From: a virus
Virus record (IMG/VR): IMGVR_UViG_3300044726_000013
Location: 15,595 to 79,594 of that record
DNA length: 64,000 nt
Reading direction: 5' to 3' (one strand)
Shown piece by piece: positions 27,821 through 37,583 of this stretch. Each line of letters starts with the position of its first letter. Within the stretch, counting starts at the first letter, position 1. The position numbers were made by a program, and so were the translations under genes. The notes under the pieces are model-generated. The model did not search any database, was not told the origin of the DNA, and saw only the letters and a program-made list of their open reading frames with translations.

Positions 27821-28318
27821 CTATGCGGGCCGCCATGTCAGGTGCTGACGTGCGCCGTCCCACCGCAAGTCTTCACGGGTAATGCCACGGGCCAGCAACT
27901 CGGCCTCGGTAAGGCCGTCTTGGTAGAGCGCGTAGCGGCCATACGCCTTGCTGCCCTTCTGCTTGGGGTTGGGCACATGGCTGACCAGCACGCGGGCGGC
28001 CTTGGCGGCCCGTGCAACGGGGCTGCGTGGGCTGGGCTGGGCTGGCTTGGGCGGCTGCGGCTTGGGGTAGGGCTTGGGCTTCAGTTGGGCGCTGTCAGGG
28101 CACTTGGTCAGAACACCCTTCAGGCAGGCGGTGGCGATCATGGCGCGCAGATCAGTGCTGCGCTCAAGGCGTGACAGGGCGGCCTGTGGCGGCAGCTTGT
28201 GCTGAATGAGGATCACATCAAGCGGCACGCCGGGCGTGGGCAGGGGCAGTTGCAGGGCCTTGCAGACGGCCAGTTGGTCAGCCGGGCACAGGCGCGTAAA
28301 TGCGGCAGCGTCAATCAT
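27821..28318 (-). CDS. Protein with a C-terminal NPK domain
   Basis: PNPKQKGSKAYGRYALYQDGLTEAELLARGITREDLRWDGARQHL. Confidence 0.78.
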   Translation of the reverse strand: MIDAAAFTRLCPADQLAVCKALQLPLPTPGVPLDVILIQHKLPPQAALSRLERSTDLRAMIATACLKGVLTKCPDSAQLKPKPYPKPQPPKPAQPSPRSPVARAAKAARVLVSHVPNPKQKGSKAYGRYALYQDGLTEAELLARGITREDLRWDGARQHLTWRPA

Positions 28319-28411
28319 TTGGGGTTCAGCCTATCCAGAGGTGAGGGGGTAGCTTGCACCGGGATTTGCCCCGGCGCAAGCGGTATTTTGGTTTGTAACC
28401 GGGTACAAACG

Positions 28412-29338
28412 TCACGCCAGCCGCAGCTTGGTGGCGCTGGTGCCCACGGCGGTGCCAAGGTGCACCTTGTTGCCCGCAGCCATGCCCGCCTCACGCGCGC
28501 TCTGGCTGCCGCTGGTGGCCACGCGGGTGTTGCTGGCCTTGCGCAGCTTGCGGTCACCCCATTGCTCGGCAACCACGGCGTTCTTGACCACCATCAGGGC
28601 GGTGCCGCTGGTGGTGACCAGCGTCTCCGTATGCCTTGCCTTCAGCATTTCCCTGATACGGGTGCTGACGCGCGCGGTGTAGGCCAGCATGAAATCATTG
28701 CGGGTGCGGCGGTTGTTGACCCAGTTGGTGGCCTTGAAGGCGGCATAGCCACGGTCACCGGCACCCTCAATGACGCGCATCAGGTAGGTGGCCACCTCAA
28801 CGTCAGCCGGGAGGCCGAAGAAGATGATCTGCCCGGTGCCGGTCTTGTGGTAGACAATGCAGGCGCAGTAATCGGCAATGGCCTTGGCGCACCACTGGCT
28901 GGGGTGCGGCCGGGCGCGGTGCGCGCCGTGAATGCCGCTTTCACACTTTTCGGCTTTGATCTCAGTCTCAGATTGTTCAATGCCGTACTTGTCCATAAGC
29001 TGCCCGGCCTTTTCAGCGGCGGCCATGGCCTCTTCCTCGGTGCAGCCGTTTTCAACGGTCTTGCTCAGCAGGGCGCGTATGCGGTTGACGGCGGCGCTGC
29101 GGTTGGCGGTGGGCGCGGCAGCGGTGGCGGCGCTGAAGGTGCTTTCACCGGCCGGTATGGCAATGAAGCCGCGCTTCTCATCCCAGTGCAGGTCTTCACG
29201 CGTGCCACCGGCCCGCAGGTACTCACCGGGCGTCATGCCGTCACGGTAGAGGCTGAAGCGGTAGTGCGCCTTGCTGCCGGGCTTCTTGGGGTTGGGTACC
29301 AGCACGCGGATGCGCGCAACGGGTGATTTGAAAGACAT
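28412..29338 (-). CDS. N-terminal NPK domain fused to a DUF2786-like domain
   Basis: PNPKKPGSKAHYRFSLYRDGMTPGEYLRAGGTREDLHWDEKRGFI, then RIRALLSKT...TEEEAMAAAEKAGQLMDKYGI. Promoter box at 29413-29420. Confidence 0.82.
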   Translation of the reverse strand: MSFKSPVARIRVLVPNPKKPGSKAHYRFSLYRDGMTPGEYLRAGGTREDLHWDEKRGFIAIPAGESTFSAATAAAPTANRSAAVNRIRALLSKTVENGCTEEEAMAAAEKAGQLMDKYGIEQSETEIKAEKCESGIHGAHRARPHPSQWCAKAIADYCACIVYHKTGTGQIIFFGLPADVEVATYLMRVIEGAGDRGYAAFKATNWVNNRRTRNDFMLAYTARVSTRIREMLKARHTETLVTTSGTALMVVKNAVVAEQWGDRKLRKASNTRVATSGSQSAREAGMAAGNKVHLGTAVGTSATKLRLA

Positions 29339-29424
29339 GGTGGTTCTCCAGAGGTTGAAAAGGCGCAGCCGGGTGGCCGCGCCTTGAATGGTTTAGCACG
29401 ACCTCGTGCCCGTGTAAAGCGAGG

Positions 29425-29826
29425 TTATGTGCATTCAGCCTCAAGCGCGTCAAGCTGGGGCTGAATGGCGGCCATGATGGCTTCAGCAAGGGCGTTGACG
29501 CCGTAGTCAGCAATCACGTCATAGCCGTCATTGCCGTAGATCAGGCTGAAGGTGGCGGCCTGCTTGGGGTCACCGGGCAGGCCAATGGTCTGGGCGCGCA
29601 GGGTGTCTTCATCAGTGCTGGCAAGGGCGCACATGATTTCGTGGCGGTTCTGGCTCTTGCGCAGGCACCAGTCTTCACCGTCATTGATGCTGACCAGAAG
29701 GCCACGGCGCAGGCATTCATCAATCAGGTAGCCGCAGGCGCGGCTCTCAGTCTCAAGGCGCTTGGCAAGGTCAGCATGGCCAGCGGCGCGGGCACGTTCA
29801 GCGTAGGTGGTGAAGGCGGTTTTCAT
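29425..29826 (-). CDS. Hypothetical early protein
   Basis: SINDGEDW...STDED...LIYGNDGYDVIADY, a motif pattern common in phage proteins. Confidence 0.7.
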   Translation of the reverse strand: MKTAFTTYAERARAAGHADLAKRLETESRACGYLIDECLRRGLLVSINDGEDWCLRKSQNRHEIMCALASTDEDTLRAQTIGLPGDPKQAATFSLIYGNDGYDVIADYGVNALAEAIMAAIQPQLDALEAECT

Positions 29827-29977
29827 GGGTGTTGCTTTCTTTGGGTTCAGAGGGGTGACCGGGGACGCCGGGCACATCAGGTCGTTTACAACATGAAAGC
29901 GACTGCTGTCAACAGGGCCCTTGAAAGCGCATAAATATGCGCGCGTCACGTAGAAGGGGGTATGGGGTCAAACCATT

Positions 29978-30010
29978 TAGGCCAATAGTGACAATAGGCC
30001 AATAGTAACA
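29978..30010. repeat. Tandem direct repeat TAGGCCAATAGT(G/A)ACA x2 in the early/late divergent intergenic region
   Basis: Copies at 29978-29993 and 29995-30010, one mismatch. Confidence 0.85.
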
Positions 30011-30159
30011 GGACCTAAGTCATTGATTAAAAACGCGTGGGCGCGTATTGCGCAATACTCAGATTATTACGTCGTTATGTGTGTGCGCGTGTATGTAGGG
30101 TTGAGTATCGTTACGGTATGCAAACCCCGGTTGCAGTGCCCAAAACCCCGGTCTGGGCC

Positions 30160-30191
30160 ACTTTACAGGCTCACCGGCAGGGGCCTATACT
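30160..30191 (+). promoter_or_regulatory. Putative promoter for the small terminase gene (TTTACA-N18-TATACT), probably leaderless
   Basis: The -10 element ends 6 nt before ATG 30198 and there is no RBS. Confidence 0.6.
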
Positions 30192-30197
30192 CCGGCC

Positions 30198-30701
30198 ATG
30201 ACACGCCCTTACCCGCAGACTACGGTCTACCAGCCCCGGTGGGCAGAGGAAGATTACCGTAGACGCCCCAAGTCATTTGACCCCGAGATTGCGCTGCTGA
30301 TCATTGAGCGGATCAAGAACGGTGAGACGTTGAACGCGCTGTGCGCCAACAACCGTGACTACCCGCTGCCCGGCACGTTCGTTGAGTGGCTTGAGCAAGA
30401 GCCTGACATGATGGCCCGCTACCGCAGGGCCAAGAACATTCAGGCTGAGTTGCTGGTTGATGGCATGCTTGAAGACGGCAAGGCTGGCACGTGGGATGCC
30501 GCCACGCGGGTGGCGGCGGGCAAGACCTACGTTGAGAAGACTGACCCCGCCCGCTACGGGCCAAGGGCCACGGTGATCAACCAGCCCGTGCCTGAGGCTG
30601 AGCCCCAGTCAGACGCGGCCAAGGTCAGCGTCAAGGCCAAGGTCAATCAGATCGTTGAACGCATAGCAGCCCGCAAACGCAAGACAGAGGAAGCCAGCTA
30701 A
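30198..30701 (+). CDS. terS: Terminase small subunit
   Basis: IIERIKNGETLNALC...PGTFVEWL...YRRAK...PARYG (Sf6-like pattern); located upstream of TerL. Confidence 0.8.
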   Translation: MTRPYPQTTVYQPRWAEEDYRRRPKSFDPEIALLIIERIKNGETLNALCANNRDYPLPGTFVEWLEQEPDMMARYRRAKNIQAELLVDGMLEDGKAGTWDAATRVAAGKTYVEKTDPARYGPRATVINQPVPEAEPQSDAAKVSVKAKVNQIVERIAARKRKTEEAS

Positions 30702-31174
30702 TGGCCGCCACCCTACGCACCACCGCACGCAACATCCAGCGCTTTGAGCCGGTCTACCACGGCAAGGGCAAGCACGCCTACGGCATCAAGCGCATAGGCA
30801 ACGTCTACCGCGCCTACCGCTTGAACAGCGGCAGGTACACCGGCATGAGCGCCAAGAGCGCTGACCATGCCACCAAGGCGCTGGCGCTGGCTTGGTGCCA
30901 GACTGACTTTGGCTTGGCGCGGCCGGGCACCATTGCCCCCACGACCACCACGGCCAGCTTTGTGCAGCCCGCCATTGGGGCCACGGTGGCCGTGGCGGTG
31001 ACCAGCGCAGCCGGGCTGGTGGTGGGCCAGAACGTGACAATCGGCACGGGCGGCAAGTATGAGATCACAGCCATTGCGGGCCTGAGCATCACCTGCAAGA
31101 ACCTTGGCACGGGTGTGACCACTGGCGCTACCGTGCCAACGGCACAGGCGTTCACGGTGGTGGGTGCTTGGTGA
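30701..31174 (+). CDS. Hypothetical protein (basic N-terminus, beta-rich Thr/Val/Gly C-terminus; possibly virion-associated)
   Basis: TAATG coupling to terS. Confidence 0.65.
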   Translation: MAATLRTTARNIQRFEPVYHGKGKHAYGIKRIGNVYRAYRLNSGRYTGMSAKSADHATKALALAWCQTDFGLARPGTIAPTTTTASFVQPAIGATVAVAVTSAAGLVVGQNVTIGTGGKYEITAIAGLSITCKNLGTGVTTGATVPTAQAFTVVGAW

Positions 31175-31473
31175 ACCTGAAGCTGGTTGATGAGCCACAG
31201 CAGGGGCCAGAGCCCCCGGTTGAGCCGCCCCCGGTCTATGTGGTCAAGGTGGCCATCCTTACGCCCAAGGGCAGGCTGCTGGGGTGTCTTGAATGCCCGT
31301 GGTCAGGGCCCGGCACCATCGGTGATTTGTGCAACAACCTGATTGCGGTGAACAAGGAACGTGCAGACCTAGACCACTGCCGCATTGAAGTGAGGTGGGT
31401 GCGGCAGCGGCCACTACAGGATCACCCTGAGGCGGGTTCAGGCAGCAAGCAAATGAGCCTCAATCAAGGGTGA
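31168..31473 (+). CDS. Hypothetical protein
   Basis: Overlapping ORF continuing the operon. Confidence 0.5.
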   Translation: MVNLKLVDEPQQGPEPPVEPPPVYVVKVAILTPKGRLLGCLECPWSGPGTIGDLCNNLIAVNKERADLDHCRIEVRWVRQRPLQDHPEAGSGSKQMSLNQG

Positions 31474-31526
31474 TGGCGCTAAAGGCAAGCCTCTGGCCCA
31501 GCCCGGCTGCAAGGCCGGGCACCCAT

Positions 31527-31826
31527 TCAGACCGTGTGCAGCTTGAAGCCGGGCACGCCCGGCATCTTGAACCGGGTGACCTTGCGCTCTTCCCTGATAT
31601 CAGACCAGCCGCAGTAGATGCCAAGCGCCTTTTCCAGTGACAGCACAAGGCTGTGCACGTCTTGCGGGCACTCAACATCGTCGGGTGACCACGGCGTCAG
31701 GGGCCGCAGTTCACTGGCCTTGATCAAGGGCACGCCGTTGAGCGTGACCACAAAGCTGACGCGCAGGCTGTCAGTACCCTCGGCAGCATCAGGCATACGG
31801 TATAGTTTCAAGGTTGGCGTCTTCAT
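31527..31826 (-). CDS. Hypothetical protein, counter-oriented with its own promoter
   Basis: TTTACT-N18-TATACA on the - strand at about 31852-31881. Confidence 0.55.
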   Translation of the reverse strand: MKTPTLKLYRMPDAAEGTDSLRVSFVVTLNGVPLIKASELRPLTPWSPDDVECPQDVHSLVLSLEKALGIYCGWSDIREERKVTRFKMPGVPGFKLHTV

Positions 31827-32066
31827 CGGTTAACCCCCTAGTAATTGCTGATGTATAGCCTCCCATTGTCAAAAAAGTAAAGGACCCGACCGGCTCACCT
31901 AACGTAAATCATCACACATTGGTTGCAATCAGTAGCGTTGGACTGTAGTTTACCCACAGGGCTGTAATGGCTCCGGCCACCCCCGTGGCAGTACTTCCTA
32001 TCCAGAGGTTGACGCGGGGGTGGCTGTTTATCATTTACCTTTCTGAGGGGGTAAAAGGATTAATAC

Positions 32067-33494
32067 TTGAACGCCAACGTAGCCGTGGCGACGTTGCTTG
32101 CTGAAATGCCCGCTCATGAGCGGGAAATCTTTTTCATGGGCCTGAGCCCACAAGAGGCAGACTATCTGCTGTATGACTGGTCCTTCTGGGGCCGCCCATC
32201 ACAGCAAGAGCCGCCCGGTGAGTGGTCTGTGTGGCTGGCGCTGGCAGGCAGAGGTTACGGCAAGACCCGCATGGGCGCTGAGTGGGTGCGCGCCATGATG
32301 TGCGGTGACACGCCGTTGGCGCGCGGGCGCTGCGGGCACATGGCGCTGGTGGCTGAGACAGCGGCCGATGCCCGTGATGTCATGGTGCAGTCAAGCGGCG
32401 GCATACTGAAGTGCCATCCACCTGAGTTCAGACCCGTCTACACCCCCAGCCTGCGCAAGCTGACATGGCCCAACGGGGCCACGGCGCACACCTACAGTGC
32501 CGACGACCCTGAGCAACTGCGCGGGCCTGAGCATGAGGCTGCATGGTCAGATGAGTTGGCCAAGTGGCGCTATGCCCAAGAAACGTGGGACATGCTGCAA
32601 TTTGGCCTGCGCGTGGGCATCAACCCCCAGCAACTGGTGACCACGACCCCGCGCCCCATACCTGTCATCAAGGAATTACTTGAAGCCCCCGACACCTATA
32701 TTACGCGCGGCAGTACTTACGAAAACTATGAGAACCTGAGCCCGGCTTTCATCACCAAGATGGAGCGGCGCTATGAGGGCACGCGGCTGGGCAGGCAAGA
32801 ACTGCACGCTGAGGTGCTTGATGACGTGCCGGGCGCGCTCTGGACCCGGCGCATGCTTGAGACGCGCAGCGCAACCAACCCCATGGGGGCGGGCATGCGC
32901 AAGGGCGAGGACCTGCCAGACATGCTGCGGGTGACGGTGGGCGTTGACCCGTCTGGCACCCAAGGGGAACTCAACATGCGGCGCGTTGAGGCGCGCGGCG
33001 GTGACCATGATGATGAGGTGGGTGATGACATCGGCATTGTGGCGGCGGGCCTTGGTGAAGACGGCATGATCTACGTGCTGGATGACGCCACGGTGAACTG
33101 GGGCCCGGCTGATTGGGCGCGCCGCGTGGTGCAGACCTACAACAACCATGAGGCAGACATGATCGTGGGTGAGGCCAACTTTGGCGGGGCCATGGTTGAG
33201 CATACCATCCGCACCGTTGACAGGCGGGTGCCGTACCGCGCCGTGCACGCATCAAGGGGCAAGGCAGTGCGTGCAGAACCCATTGCGGCGTTGTATGAAC
33301 AGGGCCGCGTGCGCCACGTCTATGGCAAGCCGCTGAGCAAACTAGAGGATCAGATGATCTACATGACGCAGCGCGGCTATGAGGGGGCGGGCTCCCCGGA
33401 CAGGCTTGATGCAGCCGTGTGGGCCATCACTGACCTGATGTTTGGCAAGAGCGCCAGAGGCGGTGCCGTGAGCATGAAGGGAGGGCATCACTGA
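32067..33494 (+). CDS. terL: Terminase large subunit
   Basis: AGRGYGKTR, LRGPEHEAAWSDELA, VTTTPRP, GVDPS, SPDRLDA. Confidence 0.95.
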   Translation: MNANVAVATLLAEMPAHEREIFFMGLSPQEADYLLYDWSFWGRPSQQEPPGEWSVWLALAGRGYGKTRMGAEWVRAMMCGDTPLARGRCGHMALVAETAADARDVMVQSSGGILKCHPPEFRPVYTPSLRKLTWPNGATAHTYSADDPEQLRGPEHEAAWSDELAKWRYAQETWDMLQFGLRVGINPQQLVTTTPRPIPVIKELLEAPDTYITRGSTYENYENLSPAFITKMERRYEGTRLGRQELHAEVLDDVPGALWTRRMLETRSATNPMGAGMRKGEDLPDMLRVTVGVDPSGTQGELNMRRVEARGGDHDDEVGDDIGIVAAGLGEDGMIYVLDDATVNWGPADWARRVVQTYNNHEADMIVGEANFGGAMVEHTIRTVDRRVPYRAVHASRGKAVRAEPIAALYEQGRVRHVYGKPLSKLEDQMIYMTQRGYEGAGSPDRLDAAVWAITDLMFGKSARGGAVSMKGGHH

Positions 33495-35119
33495 TGGCCA
33501 AGACACCCTTGAAGGTGGTCAAGCCTGAGCCTGAGCCCACAACCAAGGGTGACGTTAAGGAGAAACACCCTGATCTGGCGCTGATCTGGGAAGATTGGCA
33601 AGAATGCCGTGACACCGTGGCCGGGGCCACCACGGTCAAGGCCAGAGCCGAAACCTACCTGCCCATGCCAAGCGGCTTCAAGGGCAGCACGCACCCCAAT
33701 GACATGTACGCAGCCTACAAGATGCGGGCGCAGTTCCCTGATCTGGTAGCGCCTACCATTCAGGGCATGCTGGGCATCATCCACCAATCAGAGGCGCACA
33801 TTGAGGGCCTTGAAGAGGGCAGCCCGCTGGCTGAGATGTGGGAAAACGCCACGCCAGACGGCCTGACGCTTGAGGCGTTGCACCGCAAGATCACTGAGGA
33901 AATCTTGACGGTTGGCCGGGTGGCCTTGCTGGTTGATCTGCCGCCTGAGGGCGGTGACCTGCCGTGGATTGCCTTCTACCGGGCTGAGAGCCTGATCAAC
34001 TGGTCTGAGAGCCGCAATTTCTTTGTGCTAGAAGAGGATTACCGGGTACGCAACGGCTATTCTTGGAACGGCAAGCAACGCTACCGGGTGCTTGAACTAG
34101 TAGACGAAATCTATCAGGTGCAGGTGCTGGCTGAAGACGGCACCCCGCTGACCAAGGATGATGACACCAGTGACCAAGACGTGGCTGAGGGCATTGCCAC
34201 CAGCGTGGTGGTGCCGCAGGCGCGCGGCGGTGAGGCGCTGGGTGAGATACCGCTGGTGATAGCGGGCAGCCGTGACCTGAGCCTGACGCCCGACCAGATA
34301 CCGCTCATTGGCGTGGTGCGCAGCGCCACGGCCATCTACAGGCTTGACGCTGATTACAGGCACCAGCTTTTCATGAGCGGGCAGGAGACCCTGTTCTACA
34401 TTGGGCTGGCGGCTGAAGACGTGCCTGAATACGTGGGCGCAGGCGTCGGCATCAGCATACCTGAGGGCGGTGACGCCAAGTATGTGGGCCCAAGCGGGGC
34501 GGGCATTGCCGCGCACAAGACAGCAATTGAGGATGAACGCGCCAATGCGGCTGAGGCAGGCTCACGCATGTTTGCGGTGGGTGACAAGAAGGCGGCTGAG
34601 AGCGGTGAGGCCCTACGCATACGGGCGCGGGCTGGTAGCGCCACCCTTATCAGCGTGGCGCAGACATCAGCGGCGGCGCTTGAGAAGGCGCTGCGCTACA
34701 GCGCATTGCTGGTGGGTGAAGACCCGGATGAGATCATAGTAAAGCCCAACCTTAGTTTCCTTGACAGTGACATGACCGCTGAAGAGGCCAACAAGATGAC
34801 AGAACTGTGGATGAACAAGGTCATCAGCTATGAAACCCTATACAACAACCTTCAGCGTGGCCGCATTACATCGGAGGAGAGAACCGCTGAGGAGGAACAA
34901 GAGTTGGTGGCTGAAGAGGAATCTGCGGCAATACCCGAGAGTGACGTGGCTACTGGGGGAACTGAAGTGCCGTTGGCTGTGGACCTGTCAGAGGGCACCG
35001 GCACAGATGAGTACGGCCCGGTAAGCCAAGCTGAGATTGATGAACTGTTTGCCCCTGAAGAGCCTGAGTTGCCCAACCCTGATGATATGCCGCCACCTGA
35101 AGGGACGCCCCAGCCATGA
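33494..35119 (+). CDS. Portal protein (DUF4055-like)
   Basis: Follows TerL; YLP...YAAYKMRAQF...GRVALLVD...AESLINW...AESGEALRIR; acidic tail. Confidence 0.85.
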   Translation: MAKTPLKVVKPEPEPTTKGDVKEKHPDLALIWEDWQECRDTVAGATTVKARAETYLPMPSGFKGSTHPNDMYAAYKMRAQFPDLVAPTIQGMLGIIHQSEAHIEGLEEGSPLAEMWENATPDGLTLEALHRKITEEILTVGRVALLVDLPPEGGDLPWIAFYRAESLINWSESRNFFVLEEDYRVRNGYSWNGKQRYRVLELVDEIYQVQVLAEDGTPLTKDDDTSDQDVAEGIATSVVVPQARGGEALGEIPLVIAGSRDLSLTPDQIPLIGVVRSATAIYRLDADYRHQLFMSGQETLFYIGLAAEDVPEYVGAGVGISIPEGGDAKYVGPSGAGIAAHKTAIEDERANAAEAGSRMFAVGDKKAAESGEALRIRARAGSATLISVAQTSAAALEKALRYSALLVGEDPDEIIVKPNLSFLDSDMTAEEANKMTELWMNKVISYETLYNNLQRGRITSEERTAEEEQELVAEEESAAIPESDVATGGTEVPLAVDLSEGTGTDEYGPVSQAEIDELFAPEEPELPNPDDMPPPEGTPQP

Positions 35120-35538
35120 GCATGCCCGGTGACTACCCGCTGGACCTCTACCACGGTGACAGCTACAACTGGCAGTTCAAGCTGTGGACTGATGAGGCCA
35201 AGACGCAGGCGCTTGACCTGACGGGCGTCACGGTCAAGGCTGAAATCCGTGACAAGCCCGCAGGGCTGGCCATCTACCCGCTGGACTGCACGGTGGCTCT
35301 GCCCAACGTGATTGAGGCCATTCTACCAGCCAACATGAGTGACACGCTGCCCATAGGCACTGATATGGTGTGGGATATTCAGCTAACCTACCCAAATGGC
35401 AGCGTGAACACCCTGTTGGCGGGCAAGGTGAGCGTTACCCAAGACGTTACCGACGCCGTTGACCCAACCACCCTGCCTGAGGCGCGCACCACGGTGAAGG
35501 TGATGCAGCCCCAGTTGGTGAGGGCACCACGCAGATGA
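35116..35538 (+). CDS. Virion structural protein, possible fibre adaptor (BppU-N/LtfC-like beta domain)
   Basis: LYHGDS...DLTGVTVKAEIR...WDIQLT...LLAGKVSV. Confidence 0.6.
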   Translation: MSMPGDYPLDLYHGDSYNWQFKLWTDEAKTQALDLTGVTVKAEIRDKPAGLAIYPLDCTVALPNVIEAILPANMSDTLPIGTDMVWDIQLTYPNGSVNTLLAGKVSVTQDVTDAVDPTTLPEARTTVKVMQPQLVRAPRR

Positions 35539-36890
35539 ACCAGATCATCACCGACTTGGTGGTCACGCTGGCTGAGGCCACCAGCGTTGACATCACGGTG
35601 CATCCGGGGCCGGTGATTGAGGTTGTGCAGCCTGCCGCCATCTATGTGGAGATTGGTGACATAGGCGGCCCGGTTGGTCCTCAGGGGGCGCAGGGCATAC
35701 CGGGGCCAGCGGGCCCGCAGGGCTTGCCCGGCACAGGCTTTGTGATCAAGGGCACCGTGCCCACTGAAGACGCGCTGCCCATAGCCCCGGCACCGCTTTA
35801 CATGGATGGCTGGGTCACAGAAGACACTGACCATCTGTGGGTGTGGAACGGCTCAACATGGGTAGACTGTGGTGACCTGAGCGGTCCCCCCGGCCCTACC
35901 GGCGCGCAGGGCAATACCGGGGAAACCGGCATTGAGGGCCCCATTGGCCCAGAGGGGCCGGGCGGGCCCATTGGCCATGAGGGCCCGCAAGGGCCGCAGG
36001 GCCTTCAAGGGGAAATTGGCTATCAGGGCCCCATTGGCCCGCAGGGCGCGGCTGGTCTGGGCGTCAACTTCAAGGGCACCGTGGCCAATAGCGGGGCGCT
36101 GCCGCCCACCGGCAACCAGCCCAATGACGGCTGGGTGACGCTTGACACGGGCTACACGTGGGTCTGGACCGGCACGGCGTGGATCAACGTGGGCATCATT
36201 CAGGGCCCGGTTGGCCCCATGGGGCCGCAGGGCATCAAGGGCGACCAAGGCCCGCAGGGCGTCACGGGCATACAGGGCAACCCCGGCGTGGATGGCGCAG
36301 AGGGGCCCGCAGGCGTGCCGGGCGCGCCGGGCAATCAGGGCAGTCAGGGCATACCGGGCGCGGCTGGCGCACAAGGCCCACCGGGCTCAACCGGGCCCAT
36401 TGGCCCTACCGGCGAGACCGGGCCCATGGGGCCTGTTGGCACCAATGATTACGCTGATCTGGTGAACGTGCCAGCCACGTTTCCACCGTCTGAGCATGCA
36501 CACTCACAAGATGAGGTGGCGGGCCTGCCTGAGGATCAGGCGGCGCAGAACGCGGCCATTGCCGCCAAGGTGCCTGAGGCCCCCCTAGACGGCCTTCAGT
36601 ATGCCCGCATGAGCGCCACATGGGTTGTGGTGGAGGCCAGCGGCGGCAGCGCCACCTACGTGGGTGATACGCCACCCGCAGACGCTGTGCCCGGCCAGTT
36701 CTGGTGGGAGAGTGACACCGGCAACCTGCTGATCTTCTATGACGACCTGAACGGCGCACCCCAGTGGGTGCCTGCCATGTCTAGCCTCACGCAACCGGGC
36801 GGCGGCGCGGTGGCCGGTGGCCGCATCACCATTGGCACCAGCCCGCCAGCAACCCCATCCATCAATGATGTCTGGATTGATACAACATGA
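35535..36890 (+). CDS. Collagen triple-helix fibre protein
   Basis: Three Gly-X-Y runs separated by repeated KGTV...LP...DGWVT.DT...WVW.G..W modules. Confidence 0.9.
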   Translation: MNQIITDLVVTLAEATSVDITVHPGPVIEVVQPAAIYVEIGDIGGPVGPQGAQGIPGPAGPQGLPGTGFVIKGTVPTEDALPIAPAPLYMDGWVTEDTDHLWVWNGSTWVDCGDLSGPPGPTGAQGNTGETGIEGPIGPEGPGGPIGHEGPQGPQGLQGEIGYQGPIGPQGAAGLGVNFKGTVANSGALPPTGNQPNDGWVTLDTGYTWVWTGTAWINVGIIQGPVGPMGPQGIKGDQGPQGVTGIQGNPGVDGAEGPAGVPGAPGNQGSQGIPGAAGAQGPPGSTGPIGPTGETGPMGPVGTNDYADLVNVPATFPPSEHAHSQDEVAGLPEDQAAQNAAIAAKVPEAPLDGLQYARMSATWVVVEASGGSATYVGDTPPADAVPGQFWWESDTGNLLIFYDDLNGAPQWVPAMSSLTQPGGGAVAGGRITIGTSPPATPSINDVWIDTT

Positions 36891-37120
36891 GTGACTTTGG
36901 TGAAGTAGGCAAGGTTTCCGTAGCAACGTCTTCAAACGGCGGCATGCCGGTGGAGTACTTTGCTGAGCGTATAGTGGAAAAGCTGATATTTGTTGGTGAA
37001 AATGCGCCTGAGCCCATCAAGGCGCAGGCGCTGGAATACCGTGAGCGCATGCTTGGCATTGTGTTGGCCGGGCTCAAACAGGCAATAACGTCAGACCGGG
37101 CCTATAGAAAGGGCATGTGA
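36887..37120 (+). CDS. Small conserved protein of the fibre cluster
   Basis: Coupled ORF; VATSSNGG...ENAPEPIKAQALEYR. Confidence 0.7.
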   Translation: MSDFGEVGKVSVATSSNGGMPVEYFAERIVEKLIFVGENAPEPIKAQALEYRERMLGIVLAGLKQAITSDRAYRKGM

Positions 37121-37121
37121 A

Positions 37122-37577
37122 ATGGCAATCGTTCAAGCAATGTGCAGCAGCTTCAAGGTAGACTTGCTGTGCGCACGCCATAATTTCCTGCTGTCAGGCG
37201 GCCACAGCTTCAAGATCGCGCTCTACACCAGCGCGTCTAACCTGTCTGCCGCAACAACAGCCTATGGCGGCGGCAGCGCCACCAATGAGGTGGCGGCGGG
37301 CGGCGGCTACACGGCAGGCGGCGTGGCGCTGACCCGCGTGGACCCGGTGGCGGCGGTGTCACCCATCACCACGGCCATCACCGACTTCTCAAATGACCCC
37401 ACGTGGTCAGGCAGCACCATCACGGCGCGCGGTGCGCTGGTCTATAACGACACGGCGGCGGGCAAGAACGCTTGCGTGACGCTTGACTTTGGTGCTGACA
37501 AGATATCCAGCGCAGGTGACTTCATTGTGCAGTTCCCCCCGCCTGACGGCACGCAGGCAGTCATCCGTATTGCCTGA
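37122..37577 (+). CDS. Virion structural protein (fibre-cluster associated)
   Basis: QAMCSSFKVDLL...FKIALYT...GYTAGG...TITARGALVYN...LDFGADK. Confidence 0.78.
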   Translation: MAIVQAMCSSFKVDLLCARHNFLLSGGHSFKIALYTSASNLSAATTAYGGGSATNEVAAGGGYTAGGVALTRVDPVAAVSPITTAITDFSNDPTWSGSTITARGALVYNDTAAGKNACVTLDFGADKISSAGDFIVQFPPPDGTQAVIRIA

Positions 37578-37583
37578 CACTAG

